From Paraspadella gotoi (taxonomy: Eukaryota; Animalia; Chaetognatha): a DNA stretch of 64,000 bases. This document shows positions 62,862 through 64,000 of this stretch, one piece after another. The notes under the pieces were generated by a model, which saw only the letters and a list, made by a program, of their open reading frames with translations, did not search any database and had not been told where the DNA came from. Made by a program: the position numbers and the translations under genes. Positions within the stretch are counted from its first letter, which is position 1. Each line of letters starts with the position of its first letter. Location of the stretch: NCBI GenBank assembly GCA_051294375.1, contig CM119269.1, positions 8,429,225 through 8,493,224 on the forward strand. The letters run 5' to 3'.

Positions 62862-64000
62862 ACGCGAGAGAGAGAGAGAGGAGAGTCAAGTTGGACTGAC
62901 GATCGTGTGTTCGATTTAAGTCGAAAAAGGATGGATTGATTAAAGATAAATGTGAGAGCGAGATAGAGTAACGCGACGCGGATGGAGATAGATAAGAAGG
63001 TGCAGAAAAAACCATTTTGAGAGAGGAGAGATAGAGAAAGCGATGAGAGCAGAGAGAGAGAGATGAGAGAGAGAGATGGACGAGAGAGAGAGAGAGAGAG
63101 AGAGGAGAAAGAGAGAGGAGAAGAGAGAGGGGTTAGGTGAGAGAGTGATGAGAGAGAAATGAAATGGAAAATTTAATATAAGTTGCGTGTCAAAAACACC
63201 AACCCAGCCACCCCGAAAAAATTTCGCACTCCGGAAGTGAATCCTTTCCGCATTTGCATAAACCTATTTGAGGACTTAGGCGAAAAAGAATTAGCTTACG
63301 GAAGGCTTTGAAGACGACATTAAATTTCCCTTTTTTTCAACCCTGCGTCCGACTCAGTTGTTCTACCAATCTTGCTCTAAACGTGAAAAAACCCTTTCCT
63401 TTTTTTTTTTTTTGACTTCTACTTTTTACCCTTCGCAGTCATACGTACTATCTCTGAAAGCGCTTCCCCCTATTCTCCCCCACCCCCCCCGGACCGAACC
63501 AAACGCCTCTCCTCTCGAGATGCGAGAGATTCAAAAGCCTAAAAGAGAAGAAGTTTAAGGAAAGTGTGTAGCGCCCAAAGAGACACGCCCACGAGTCGCG
63601 AACCGGGAAAAGGAGAGGAGAGAGAGGGGGAAATGTTGAGGAAGTAACGGTATGGTAGAGTGGGTGGGAGAAAGAAAGGAAAGAAGATGGAGAGATGAGA
63701 GAGAGTAATTGATTGTAGATGGAGAGAGAGGGTAGAAAGGGCTAATGTACCAGTGGAATCTAACCAAGGGTCAAAGCCGTTGTAGGTTAAAAGAAAAGAG
63801 AAATGGTGGAGGATTTTTTTTTAAAAAGAAGAAAAAAAGTCGGAAAAGAAGAGAGAATAGGAGAAAAAAAAAGTAACATACTTTTTTCTATTTGTATCAT
63901 ACACCTTACTTGACTAATGTTTTACATTCGTACAATTAAATTTCTTTATTGTTTCACTTTTTCTCATAATGATATTTAATAAACGTAAATTCTTAGTCTC

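Overview
AT-rich, intron-containing animal (probably invertebrate) genomic DNA with many (GA)n/(CT)n microsatellites and assembly gaps. By hand-splicing I can assemble seven multi-exon genes: an atypical dual-specificity phosphatase (+), an unknown acidic low-complexity protein (-), two long divergent XK-related (XKR scramblase-like) membrane proteins (+), a PMP22/claudin-superfamily tetraspan gene (-) lying between them, a firefly-luciferase-like/4CL-like acyl-CoA synthetase with a mitochondrial-type presequence (-), and a >1270-aa disordered protein rich in SH2-type tyrosine motifs (-). The most striking non-coding signal is a ~230-bp dispersed element (5 copies). It has precise ends and 4-bp target-site duplications, and carries a tRNA-derived Pol III head followed directly by a sequence matching a circularly permuted (type P5) twister ribozyme, i.e. 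a candidate twister retrozyme. A second tRNA-headed repeat family carries a degenerate version of the same module. The window also holds four Penelope-type minimal hammerhead ribozymes and DINE-1-like Helentron-associated elements. Everything was read by eye; no searches or folding programs were run.
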